NCBI GenBank assembly: GCA_026023565.1
Contig: JAPETS010000014.1
Location: forward strand, 372,001-436,000
DNA from: Cirrosporium novae-zelandiae
Lineage: Eukaryota
Direction of reading: 5' to 3'
DNA: 64,000 bases
The notes under the pieces were generated by a model. It saw only the letters and a list, made by a program, of their open reading frames with translations, was not told where the DNA came from and searched no databases. A program made the translations under genes and the position numbers. Position 1 is the stretch's first letter, and each line of letters opens with the position of its first letter. Positions 1 to 12,476 of the stretch are shown here, one piece after another.

Positions 1-609
1 CGCACTCATGGAAATCTGTTCGTCGATTTCCATCCTCGCCACGGCATCGAGACAGCTCTTTGCTTTTGCCAGAGATAACGGGTTGCCGTATCCCAATATC
101 TTTGCCTATGTTCGTACTTCCCATTTTTCATCATCATTATCATACCTCCCAAACTAACCACCCCCCTCCCTCTACAGATCCTCCCCGGCTGGGACATTCC
201 CATAAACGCAATCATGGTATCCTTTATGGTCTCAGTCCTCCTCTCCTTGATCAACATTGGCTCCACAGCCGCCTTCAACGCTGTGGCGTCCCTCTGCTGC
301 TGTGCGCTCTTCACGTCGTACTGGTTCTCCATCTCGTGCATAGTGTGGCGCCGTCTCACAGGCGCTTACCTCCCGCCCGCTCGATGGTCCCTCGGGAAAT
401 GGGGCCTCCCCCTGAACATCTTTAGCGTCCTCTGGCTGACATTCGCAACCATATTTTTGTTTTTCCCGACGTACAAGAATCCTACGGCCGAGAGCATGAA
501 TTGGGCTATAGTCATCTTCTCTGGGGTTATCGGAATCGCGTTGATTCTGTACTGGTTCCGGGGGAGACATGTTTATCAAGGTCCGGTGGTTTTGGTCAAG
601 AGGGAGTAG
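1..609 (+). CDS. APC-superfamily amino-acid permease (GABA/choline transporter-like), 3' part; intron 110-177
   Basis: Frame from nt 2 reads ...TASRQLFAFARDNGLPY, then a GTTCGT..CTAAC..TACAG intron, then ILPGWDIPINAIMVS...WSLGKWGLPLN...MNWAIVIFSGV...YQGP. These motifs are typical of fungal GABA/choline permeases. Truncated at the window start. Confidence 0.85.
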
Positions 610-3583
610 GGGATGGAAAAGACTGTACATGTGCAAGCAAATATATCAAAAGAAGCAAAGAGAGCAGAAATGTCAAAATGTTCAAAAGGTGAAAAAAAGG
701 GCGAAAAATGTTAAAATGTCAATGGCTTTTAGGATGTTATGATGATATATATAATCCAAATGTCGTTTATACATATGTATATATGTGTATATAATAATAC
801 AGTGCAGTACAGTAAATTATTCGTATAGAATAATGTATGGGTATATATAACTAGGGTGCCGGTACCACTTACCTACCTTCTTTCCATGCTAGAATCAACC
901 AATCACATAGCTAAACTTACATACCTGCCTACGGACGGAATCCACCCACCTTCCTTCTCGGATTCTAGATAGAAAATAAAAAATGGGGAATAGAAAAATG
1001 AAAAAATAACCCAAACGAATCAATAAAACAAGGCTCTCTCTCCCCTTCCCCCTTCCCTTCTCCTCTCCCTCTCTCTCTCACTCTTACTCGCATTCAAATT
1101 CATATTTATATACCCAAAATTTGATTTAATCTAACCTAAATATTTTAAAAAGTAGACCTTAAAGCAAGAAGTATGGAGGGGAGGGGGGGGAGAGAGAGAG
1201 GGGGAGGGAGGAATAGGGAGAAAATGCACGTCCTCCCCCCCCCCCCCTCCCTAAATCCCAAATAAATAGGAAATAAGTAAATAAATAAAGGTCAATCTAT
1301 CTACATACCTACCTACCTACCTACATACTTACCCACAGACAGAGAGGATTCACCTACCTTCCTTCTCGCGCCCCTAAATGAGAAATAAAAAAATAGAAAG
1401 CAAAAAATAAAAAAATAAAAAAATAAAAATAACGATCGAATCAATAAACCTAAGACTCCCCTCCCCTTTCCCTCCTCTATCCCTCCCTCCCTCCCTTCCC
1501 TATTACAACCCAGCCAGGTTATATATTATGTGTTACACATTATACATTATATATCATAATCATAATCATAATCCTAATCCTAACACTGCATACATATCCA
1601 ATATCCCTTTGTCCTTTATCCTTTTAGCTTAGTTAGATAAAGAAAGGAAAAGGAAAAGAAAAAGGAAAGGGGAATGAATATTCAATAAGTTTGATTTGGG
1701 TTTTTTTTTTTTTTTGTTTTTTTTTGGCCCCTCCGGGGGGGGGGGGGAAGGGAAAGGGAAAGGGGATAGGTAGGAATATGAACTTAAAGGAATACCTTGG
1801 AAATAGGCTTTAAAGCAGGAAGCATGAAAGAAGTTTCCCTCTTCCTCTTTCCCTTCCTCTTTACCCTCCCGACCCCAAGGTTATTTTTATTTTTTTCCGA
1901 GTTTCGGGGGAAGGTGATGCGTTGTTTTGATTTTTTGATTCTTGAGTTTTCTGGGATATGGGAAATTTTTGGTGGGAGATGCGGAGGGAGGATGGAAGGG
2001 GGGGAGATGGAAAAGAGGTGGAGAGAGATGAAGAGGTAGGTAGGTAGGTAGGTGGAAAAGGCCAAAACATCTACATCTCCATCTCCACCTCTACTACATT
2101 CCAAATCCCAAATCCCAACCTCAAATATACACCCAAGTACACCTACACCTACACCTACACCTACACCTACCCCTCTACAAGAAAACCCCCCCCCCCCCAA
2201 AAAAAAACACCACCACCACCACCACCACCACAAGTTTCAATATATGTTCGTTAGTTAGTTAGATTGGATAAATAGATTGATTTTGGACACAGCTAATAGC
2301 AATAATTAGCAATTAGCAAAATAACTACCTATTGTAAATGTACCTAGGTAGCTAAAACCCATATTCAAACTTCCAAGGATCCCCCCACATCTCAGTTTCC
2401 TTTCTCTCTCTTCCTTTTGTTTTTTTTTTCATCTTGCCTTTCAAACTCGTAGGACAAGTCAACCAGTCAAGATTCAAGAAGAACAAGTCAAGAAGAGAAA
2501 GAATCCCTATCCCCCCAACCCATCCACCCAATCTCTCTCCAGAATTAAAAAAAGGGTAAAAATCGTACATACACAAAAACGGCCAAGTTAAAAAAAGGGG
2601 TCCGGGGGCATAAAAAAAAAGGAGGAAAACCATATATAACTAAAGTTTTAGACATAAACCAAGAAGGTGTAAACGAGATATGTATGTTGGTTATCCAGTT
2701 GTGGTTTTTTGATAAAAACGAATGAGAAACCGACGTACTAGTAAGTATCGAACATGGACATGATTATAACATGACATGCTGACGACTGACGCCGTTGCCA
2801 ATCATGGCAGTTCAAAAAACCAAAAAAAGACATACATCTTCGTTTTAGGTAAGCCCAGCCAACCCCCTCTCCCATTTCCAGCCAGTCCAGTCCATCCAGG
2901 ATTCCGGTTATGCTATGCACTCCTTTTTGTTTCCAGCCTGTGTGCCTGCCCGCATGCCCATGTTTGCTTGTTCCAGCCCAAGTTTGGTGACTCCGATGTT
3001 TTTACCTCCAAACCAATGAGCACCAAAATCCCGCTTGGGGAAAAATCAACACCATGAAGATTTCCCGAGGTATCTCTCAAAAACACAACACACGAAGCTT
3101 AACGCAATGTAAAATAGGACAGCCACCCACAATAACCCTCCAAATCCAGAGTCGAAGGAAAGAAAAAATAAAAAGAAAGTTGGTGTTCATATCGTTACAG
3201 TCGTTTCAAAACACAAAAAAAGATGACAGTCCAGGATTATATGCCACAGACTTGCAGACTTCGATGTGCTTGCTCGCTTCGCTAAAATGACGGAGTGGAA
3301 CGACAGCTTTCGCTGTTGGTGAATTATTTCGTAAAGGTCGTAATTTAGAAAGCGAAAGGCACAAAGCTCGTTCCGCGACATTCGATTCGGGGGTATCGTA
3401 TGCATGCATGGGCCAAAACATTCTGAGCCCGGGCTGCCGAAAAGACAATAAAATTAAAGAATGGGTTTCCGATCAAATGTTAGTGAGAGACGGTCGGAGT
3501 TATTGTTTGTTTAGTTGTTGTAAAGAACAAAGGAGACGTAAAAGAATGTTCAAGTTGGATGCCCATGAGGCTTATGAGCGCAA

Positions 3584-6286
3584 TTATTTCGACGTGGGCT
3601 GTCCTTGTTTCACATTGGGGGGGTTGACTTCGGCCAGTGGAGCACCTGAATGTCGACGTTGATTTTTTTCTGGTGTGGTTGATTCTATACTCATTTTTTT
3701 CGATTCCACCGATGTTCTAGGTGGCAGCTCAAGTAACTTGGCACTTCCTGCACTAATTTTTCGTGCGTGCCCTCGTTTCCCTTTGCCATAATCAATGCTC
3801 GTTGCACGGTGGACCCATCCACCCTCCGGAGTAGGGCTTGGAGTTTCTGGAGAGTCAGGAGAATCACCTCCTGTTGATTCGAGTTGTGGAGCGGGAGGGC
3901 TTGAACCATCGCCAGATTCGACCATGTTCAATAGCCCTTCGACCGATTTAACTCGAGCCGTATGTTTGACAAGTGTAGGTTTTCGTTCGATTGATACGTG
4001 CCAACTGGTGCCGGCAGCATCAGGGTCGGTACGCGGTATCATATCATCTTCTGCTTCCGAATTCTCATGAGAAAGGAGATTGCTACTTGCTCGTTTGGTG
4101 TCCGTAGCATGTTCAGGAGCGTTCCACTGGTCCGGTCCTGGTGTCAGCCGTCTGAAGTAGTCGTCGTCAAGAACGTTGTCAGAGTCTTGTCCATCCGACA
4201 TACGCTTCAGACGTTGCAAGGAACCTGCACTTGACCGAAGGGCTTGAGCCGAGGAGAGAGAGCTTCGCTTCATTGGTCTACCAGATAGCCAAGATCCTTC
4301 CGAATCCACAGATGCAAGTGATTGCGACAGCAAAGCAGGATCTGGTGTTTCAACCGATCGATGCCTACTAGCACTTCCAGACATTGGATCCTGGAAAGGA
4401 TCCCTTGAGCCGAGCGGTTGGTCGATGCTCATATTGTCTGCTAGACTAGAGCTATTTCGTTCTATGCGGTAATCGGGATTCATCGGGATTGGGATCGGAA
4501 CTGCTTCGGGAGATTGCATCCTCGAATCAGGAGGAGACAGAGGAAGCTCTGGTAGATCTTCTCGGAATTTCGAAAGTGTTCGACGAGGGGCATTTGACAC
4601 GGTGCGGTAATTGACACCTGTCAAGTGAGCAGGAAGAGGTTGTCCTTTCACCGAATCTCTAGGCGTGGTATTCTGGAACTCTGGAGTAAACCTTTGGTCA
4701 CGAGTCGTGCGCTTGTTCTTTCGAGACGATCGCCTGAAGAACGAGGCCCATCGAGTAGGTTTGAAACTGTTTTCAGACCCCCTCTTGCTTCCGCTTCCAA
4801 CGCTATCGAGTTCCGAATGTTCTGGGATGTCGGGGGTATCATCACGTGCTGAATTAAAGATGTGGGGGATATTAGACATTTGAGGCTGTGTCGGTGGCGG
4901 GGTGGGTGGTGAAAAGGTTGACGGGATCGAAGGTACAGGTTGAACGGGCTCCATAGGCTGTTCCTCGATGATTGGTTCCGGCAATTCTGCTCTTGAAGGG
5001 CCAGTGGCCATTGAATTGTCGGTAAAAGGATCATCAGAAATTGACTGTCCTCTTTCCGAGTCTTTACGTGACGAGGTTGGCGACTCCATTCTCACATCTT
5101 CCCTCTCTCTCTGATTATAGAATGCCCGACCAGCTTTCGAAGGAGAAGGAGCATCGAGATCAGGGCCAGTCGAACGTTGAACCATCTCAGATCCACTAGC
5201 CAGTCCCGCTTCAGCTTCTTCACGACGCTGTTTGTCTGCTCTTCTCTGTAGTTTCTCGTGCAACCTTTCCTGATCTGACCGTCTCTTTCTCTCTCTTCGT
5301 CGTCTGTCCCGATCCATAATCTCACGTAAACTCTCGGTATCCATTTCCTCTGCAAGGTCATCTATTCGCTTGCTTTCTTTGATGGTGCTTTGCGTGTACA
5401 TGGGCCGTTTATCCCTCCTGACTGAACTCCTAGAGGGCTCTGCACTTCTTGGGGGAACATATCGAGGATTCTCCGTATACTTTATCGTCGGACACGGTGC
5501 CAAAATATCGAGAGTGCTGACCTTAAAACCAAGGCCTTCCGACAGGCCAGATGCAGAGGAATGCATCGACTCATCTGGCGGAGGCAGCGATATGTCGGAT
5601 GTGGGTTGATCCATCTCTGTTCGGAATTTCCTGCTTGCTCGTCGAAAGATCCTACTACCTGATCGTTTTGGCTGTGGGGTATATCGACATAGTGCTTTTA
5701 TTTCCTGCTCCCGGGCATAGTCCTCTGCCTTCCTCTTGCTCGATTTCCGACGCGGCAACATCTGTTCCGGAGATGATCGCTTGGCACGCAATGATGGTGG
5801 TCGTGGAAGAGCAGTGAAATTTTCGGGTCCAATGCTCGATTGCGAGGCAGCGGCGTTTTGATAGGAGGTTGAATTGTTTGCACGTCCATAGTACTGATAG
5901 GTTTGTCTTCGCACAGGAGCATTGTCAGCGAGTCTTGCAGAATTTGAAGGATATGGGACCGTTTGCGTCCCTGAACCCAGAATTCTTCCACTTTCGGATG
6001 GTGCGACTTCGGGTCCTTGGGATATCGTCCGAGCTTTGAATTTTCGATAATCTTGCCTTTCCTTTCGCAATTTCTTTGGCTCGCTATGCCGTAAAGTTGA
6101 GGTATTAATAGCGTGTTCTTGCCGGACCGGATTCCGGCTAGAGAGGGGAACCGTAGAGACCAGACGAGGCGCCTGAGGGCCGATGGATGATCCCGACATC
6201 TTTTCAAAAGACCGTTGCGCCTGTTTCTCATTAAAATTATCAGATTTAGTCTTTTTCTTCTTGCGACCGAATGGCCACGGTGCCAT
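3584..6286 (-). CDS. Conserved-looking fungal hypothetical protein, ~900 aa, Ser/Pro/Arg-rich with a charged coiled-coil
   Basis: Single long ORF with likely start MAPWPFGRKK at 6286. Short conserved-looking islands: RIDDLAEEMD..REIMDRDRRRRERKR, LSQSLASVDSEGSWLSG, HARKISAGSAKLL. No recognisable catalytic domain. Confidence 0.75.
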   Translation of the reverse strand: MAPWPFGRKKKKTKSDNFNEKQAQRSFEKMSGSSIGPQAPRLVSTVPLSSRNPVRQEHAINTSTLRHSEPKKLRKERQDYRKFKARTISQGPEVAPSESGRILGSGTQTVPYPSNSARLADNAPVRRQTYQYYGRANNSTSYQNAAASQSSIGPENFTALPRPPSLRAKRSSPEQMLPRRKSSKRKAEDYAREQEIKALCRYTPQPKRSGSRIFRRASRKFRTEMDQPTSDISLPPPDESMHSSASGLSEGLGFKVSTLDILAPCPTIKYTENPRYVPPRSAEPSRSSVRRDKRPMYTQSTIKESKRIDDLAEEMDTESLREIMDRDRRRRERKRRSDQERLHEKLQRRADKQRREEAEAGLASGSEMVQRSTGPDLDAPSPSKAGRAFYNQREREDVRMESPTSSRKDSERGQSISDDPFTDNSMATGPSRAELPEPIIEEQPMEPVQPVPSIPSTFSPPTPPPTQPQMSNIPHIFNSARDDTPDIPEHSELDSVGSGSKRGSENSFKPTRWASFFRRSSRKNKRTTRDQRFTPEFQNTTPRDSVKGQPLPAHLTGVNYRTVSNAPRRTLSKFREDLPELPLSPPDSRMQSPEAVPIPIPMNPDYRIERNSSSLADNMSIDQPLGSRDPFQDPMSGSASRHRSVETPDPALLSQSLASVDSEGSWLSGRPMKRSSLSSAQALRSSAGSLQRLKRMSDGQDSDNVLDDDYFRRLTPGPDQWNAPEHATDTKRASSNLLSHENSEAEDDMIPRTDPDAAGTSWHVSIERKPTLVKHTARVKSVEGLLNMVESGDGSSPPAPQLESTGGDSPDSPETPSPTPEGGWVHRATSIDYGKGKRGHARKISAGSAKLLELPPRTSVESKKMSIESTTPEKNQRRHSGAPLAEVNPPNVKQGQPTSK

Positions 6287-7836
6287 ATCTTCTCCGGGAA
6301 AGCTTCTGGCCAGCTTCACTCCTCCGCAGGCCAGCCGCTGTTGGCGGCGCCAGCACAGAAGGGTCGACACTGTGGCGGTTTACTACTGAATTGATAGTTG
6401 TTGATGCATGGAATTTGATACAGGAAATTCAACAGCGGCTATTAGGAATGTGAAGAGAAGATGTGAAGGAAAAGCGCGTTTGCGAATAATGGTGGTGGCG
6501 TGCTCAGTAAAAGGTCTTGAACTTTGGATCCCGACCAAAGTGGAAGCAACGGCCCGGCGTGCTCGTTTAATTTCTGGCGGCTTGCTTTTGGCTTTGGTAA
6601 GGTAATATTACCGGGGTATGGTACTGGGTCACAGCCTGGGTGGCTCAGTGGGCTCACTTTGGTTTTGAAACCTCTTTGGAGCTGCAAAAGATTGTGGTGC
6701 TGTTGGAAGTGTTTGACAGCAACGTGTCACGGACGCGATTGAAGACTTGGAATGGCCAGCGCGTGTGTGTATGTGGGTGGGTACGAAGATAAAAAGGAAG
6801 ACCCAGTTGAGATGGGATAAAAAGCACAAAGGCTAAGAATTGAAGGGGGTTTTTTTTCTCTTTGGTTTACAAAATCCGAGTCTTTGTTGCGACTGGACTG
6901 ACAAGCAAGTATGGTAAATTGCATTTATTACAAGAAAACTGGGATGCAAGGGCACAGGTCCATGTATTGGTAGTAAGGAGTTGAATTGGTCGTGATGGTA
7001 GTAGTGGTGGTGGCGTGGCGGGCATGGAGGACACGGGAGGTTTTGAAAAACCAGTTAAGAGTATGGCCAAATTCGATGGTGATGGGGGGATGGGGGGGGG
7101 GTGGATAATGGCTTAGTTTGGTAATTGAAATTTCTAGCTTGGATAAAGTGGGGTATAGATATTATGCTGTTCACTATTCGTCAACCTATGCCTGTATTTA
7201 TTTTTATTCATTTTGTTTTTTTTTTGTTTTGAAGTTGGGGGGGGGATTTTATTTCATCGAGGGGTTAAGAAGAGAGAGGCACGAGGAAGAATAAAGATGG
7301 AATGAATCATCAAGGGTCCTCCCTCGGGTTAGAAAATATATGAGGGACTAACTATAAGGAGGTAGAGGGCGGAAAAGGAAGGAGGGGGAGGGAGTCAAAG
7401 TACTTAGTCAGGGATGAATAACTGAGAATGTCTTTGATGTTCTGAAATACCTTGAATGCCTGAATGCCTGAATTCCTGAATAGCTGAATGCCTGAATACC
7501 GAGGTAGATATGTTCCCTCGTCGCTATCTCTTGCTGAGACTGGTAAATGATAAATAAATAAATAAAATTAAAAAAATAAAAACAAAATAAAATTAAAAAA
7601 AAACAAAGCTGGGAATTTCCAAGAATGGATTTCTACAGGTCAAGGAAAGCGGGTCATGTTGTTGGTAGCAGTGGTATTGTGGTAAAGTGCTTGCAGAGGT
7701 GCTACTCAAGTAATGGAAAAGCACAGTATCCCAGTTGACCATTGCTGAAAGCCTCTGAACAGCCTCCAAGAAGCCATTGGAGAGGGTCATAAGAGCTAAG
7801 GAGGAAGCCAATTACTGTCGAAAGTAAATGCCTAGG

Positions 7837-7899
7837 ATTTCTGGCATTTCTGGCATTTCTGGCATTTCTGGCATTTCTGGCATTTCTAACATTTCTAGC
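7837..7899. repeat. 9-bp tandem repeat (ATTTCTGGC)x5 plus two degenerate copies
   Basis: Directly visible in the sequence. Confidence 0.9.
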
Positions 7900-9980
7900 G
7901 TCATTGGCTCCAACCTAGGTCCAGCACACCCGGTCAAACGAAAGCCAGACGATAGAACTCAAATACCCTGAGTTTTTTCTCACTTTGAGAGAGGGCTTAA
8001 TATTTGGCTCAGCCTCGGTTTAATCATCTGAACCTTTGCTGCAGCAATGACGGTCATGATGAGACCGCTTATGATGAATAAGAGAAGACTGTATACAAGG
8101 TTACTATGATCTACTTCCCCGCCATTCTTTGCCATTACTGCTGTTGTTGTTCCTGCAGAATTGGTCATGTATGTCTCACATGGTTGGTGGTGGACATGGT
8201 GGGCTGAGCATTGCTTCTCTGGCTCTGTTTAATAACCTGAAATCAATAAAAGATTAAGTAAGAAAAGAAGACAAAAAAGGGTAATTTTTTTGGTAGATGA
8301 AATGATTACTAGTACTGTACTGTATGTACTGTATGTACTGTATATAATACTTGCCTAGGTAATGCTGCTGGGGGGATGAAAAGTGTGAGCAAAAAAGGAT
8401 CCAACCCAAGGCGTGCTCAGTTATTCTGCATATGTACTACCCAACTTCCACAACTTGCATCACGACAATTAGTGTAAAGTGGCACTTGGTGGGTAAGGGG
8501 AAAGCCATGTGGCAATTGGTAAGAGAAGGAAAGGAAATGTAACCGCTAGTAACCGCTATGTTGGAAGATTAAGGTGTTTCCTTCTTCAAAATTCAATCCA
8601 CCACTGAGCTGAGAGAGCCTGACAGAGCCTGGCAGAGCCTGACATCAATAGACAAAATACAAGAACTCTTCTGTCTTCACCGCACAAGTCAATCTTTTCG
8701 GTCTGACCAGCTGACCGATAATCCCTATATCATCCAAGATGACGGTCCATCTCAAGCCTTGAGCCACTCAACTCCACCACCAATGGAACTTCTTAAGATT
8801 TAAGTTGCAACACACACACAAAAAAACGTTAAGCATGCCTTACATAGTGTACGGCTTCTTCGGTTGCCATCTGCGGGGATTTGGTGTTTGTACTTTGAGG
8901 TCTCAGCCCTAAGTGGACTACTGAGACTGGTGGCATTTCTCACTAGGATATGGTGGATAATATCAACAGGTCCCATGCATCTTTTGTGATCCCATAAGCA
9001 GCAATATTACTCGAGTAACCTTGGTGAAAGACAAATGGTTATTCCATGAAATTCATTCATCTTTCAATTTCTTCTAACCGCCACCATCCTTATAGGCAGA
9101 AAAAATCCTCGAATATGCAGCTTCAGCCAAGGATGGGAAAGCCAACTGTTGATAAATAGCGGTTCTTTAAAAAGACCCTGGCAAGGGTCTGGCAGGCATG
9201 GTAAAACATCGCCGATTCTCCATCTCAAGCTTATCATTAATTCAATCTGCTCAATCTATCATGGCCTCGGTAATATCTCAAGGTCCTCAAAGTTTATCCA
9301 TAGATATTCGAGACCGGGTCTATTCATAAATGAAAAAGGCGAAAATGCACAACCTCTCTCACGCTTCTGCATCAAGGTTCACCATCCACCGTCGACGCCT
9401 ACATAAGTACCAATGAGATAATGAATGCCATTTCCCTCTGCCGTCGATAGTTTATTTTTATAATTACAGCATTGTTTATTAGACAGACCATCAGCCTCCA
9501 GGTCTTTTCAACCAGTCAGCCCCTATTAGATCTTCGCGACGACCCGACCCTATCCTATCCTTTCCATGAAATTTCCCCGAATGGTGAAGAAGCGCTTCCA
9601 CTTAAGTAGATACCCGGAAGGAAGCCGCCGACCGAGATTAGAAGCAACCCATGGGGAATTTTTGATTGTTTGGTTGAAAATGTACTCTAGACAAGGGATA
9701 GTTATACGTGGTTATACATACATGACTACTGCGTACTGTACAGTAGTATTATCAATAAATCACGCAGGATGAAACAAACTCCACAATACACGTAGTAGAG
9801 AAAAAGTAAGGAAAAGTAAAAAAAGTAAAAAAAGTAAAAAAATAAAATCAGACCAAGAAACAGACAGGTCTTGTCCGAACTCGCAATTCCCCAAAGGGCC
9901 AATGACGGGATGATGTGGATGATGTGCCGAAAATGAGCGGCTAACCTTGATAGGAAATTTGTTAGCCAAGGCTCTCCAAT

Positions 9981-9987
9981 TGTTTAC
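9981..9987 (+). promoter_or_regulatory. Putative forkhead-binding site TGTTTAC upstream of NUF2
   Basis: Exact forkhead core ~110 bp before the ATG of a mitotic gene. The motif is short and could be chance. Confidence 0.3.
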
Positions 9988-10098
9988 ATATCATCATCTT
10001 ATCGCAATTCATTTTGAACCCTGAGGAAGTCTTTAGCATCCAACAACGTCGCATTCATCCCTATCAAGTAATAACATTAAACTACCTATATTCCAACC

Positions 10099-11632
10099 AT
10101 GGCCTATGACTCGCGAACGAGTTCCCAGTTCCGAGGAAATCAGAATCGGAACAAGAAGAAGCAGGAAGAGGACAGCGATGCTTTCATGCGCCTAGTAAGT
10201 CTTCTCTCATCCTTAACCTCACCTCCCTTCTCGCCAATAAAACTAACCAGACCTTCTTCTCCCCTCCAGCCCGACAAGGAAATCGCAGGATGCATCAGCG
10301 ACATTGGCGTGCCCTTTACGCCCGCCGACCTCCTCAAACCCAGCCCTCAGCAAATCCAACTCGTTTTCGAATGGTTCGCCGAGCTCCTCATGAATACGAC
10401 ACGTGAGACGGTTGAGCCCGCAATGCGAGCCGCCGCCGACGACATATGCGGCGACTTTGCCGACATCATCCCCAATGACACGCGCAACCTGATGGGGTTC
10501 TACACCAACCTGCGAAAGCTACTGATGGAGTGCGGGATCCACGACTTTTCGTTCAATGACCTCACAAAGCCTACCCACGATCGCCTGGTCAAGGTCTTCT
10601 CATACATCATCAACTTTGTCCGGTTCCGCGAGTCGCAAACCGCAACCATTGACGAGCACTTTAACAAGACGGAAAAAACCAAAGCCCGCATCGAAACCCT
10701 ATACGTCGAGAACCAAGATATGGAGCAAAGCCTGTCGGAGATGAAACGGACGCGCAAGTCGATGGAAATCCAAGTCAAAGAAAAAATGAAACGAAACGAT
10801 GAGCTGAAATCCCGACTGCTCGAGCTCCGCAAGGGCCAGGAGCGTGTAGCCGAACGCCTCGAGCGAGTCCGGGCAGAGAAAAGCCGATCCCAGGCGGTCC
10901 TGGAGGAAAAAACAGAAAACCTAGTCAAAAACCGCCAGGAGAGCGAGAAGCTCCGCCCTTATGTCCTCCAGAGCCCCGCAGCGCTGCAGTCCTCCCTCGC
11001 CGAGCTCTCCGACAGCCTCACACGCGACAAATCCCGCATCGAGCAACTAGAACGCCGAACGCGCGCTCTACAAACCTCTACCGACACCTTCAACGTCGTC
11101 TCCAATGACGTCTCCTCAGCCTCCAAACTCCTCGACGAAATCTCCACCGAGCTGCAGCGGGAAGAAGAAGAAGGGATCAATGCTGCCAAGAATAGAGACG
11201 CGCTGTCGGAGCGCGGGAACAATGTCCGGGAGGTCCAGAGGACTGAAGCCCTGCTGCAGCGCCAGCTCAATCGGTGGAACGACCGCATCGAATCGCTAAG
11301 GAAGAGCAGCGAGGAGAAAGCTCAGGCGGCCAAGGAACGCATGGAGGAGCTGAGAGGTGTCCATAGAAAGCTCACAGAAGAGCGTGCAGACAAGGGAAAG
11401 GATATGGAAAGGAGGAGGGTGCGCATCGAACAGACGGAGAAAAAGGTAACAATGAATTTATTCATTTCTCATCCCCCAACCTCTAATCCTCTCCCCTTAC
11501 TAACAACTTGTCTCGTAGATGGCCGATCTAAAAGAAAACATCGAAAACGAAGTCCACAGCGCCCACGACGAATATCTGAAAATGGAATCCCATATCAAGC
11601 TTTATATTACAGAAATGGAACAATCGATTTGA
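10099..11632 (+). CDS. NUF2: Kinetochore protein Nuf2 (NDC80 complex); exons 10099-10194, 10270-11445, 11519-11632
   Basis: [52 protein letters not shown] followed by a long coiled coil. The last exon ends [19 protein letters not shown]. Introns are canonical. Confidence 0.93.
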
Positions 11633-12476
11633 ATTGACCCTCTCTCTTCATCTCCTCCTTCAACAGTCAACGGCTAGCAAGTAAATTAATAAGCAAACGA
11701 GCGAACGACAATGCCGGAATTCTCCAAAGCTTTAAAGAATCCCAATCCCAAGAACGGGATGAATGAACTCATGAACTCATGAATTAGGTATGTAGATGCC
11801 CCCCCCCCCCTTCCCACTTCCCTCCCTACCTACCCAACTAACCAAATTAACCAAGAAGATCACACACCCACTATCCACCACCCATTATCCAACTTATCCA
11901 TTCATTCTAGAAAATAATAGAAACCAGGAGGGGGGACTCACTCGTGCGTCTTGATCTATTTTTTTTGGGTGGGGGTAGGGGGATTGTATATTGGATATCG
12001 GGACTATGGAATATTGGAATATTGGGAGTTGTGTGGATATGGGTATGGGTATGATGGCGTATGATGGATATTAGGACTTATGGATAACAGGGGGGGGAGG
12101 GGGGCGTATGAGGCAAGCACAAACCACAAACCACAAGATATAGGACGGAATAAATAGGACATGAATGTGAACGATGATGATACCCAATATACCAATATTC
12201 AAGACTTTTTTTTGGCCTTGATATCTCTTTTATAGAAGAAAAAAAAAAGGGGGGGGGGGTGGTATTGGCATGACTTGACTTGACTTATAATGATGGGTCG
12301 ATGAATGTATAAATAAAACCATATATGCCTTACACACTCTATCCATTCATGCATTCACGCATATATGTTTGCTACCATTTACCTACCCCTCTACCATACC
12401 CCCTATCCCCCATAAGAATAATAAGAATAATAATAACAAAAACCGTTAGAGTCTAAAACCCTATGTATGCATCGTT

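Noticed and set aside
1784..2633. ORFs with poly-W, poly-H and GV repeats
   Set aside because: These are translations of microsatellite and homopolymer DNA.
7457..7899. Short tandem repeats as a CRISPR-like array
   Set aside because: 8-9-bp units without spacers, in a eukaryotic context.
6400..10000. Short ORFs in the 3.7-kb spacer before NUF2
   Set aside because: No recognisable motifs or coherent exon chain; no transposon protein remnants recognised.
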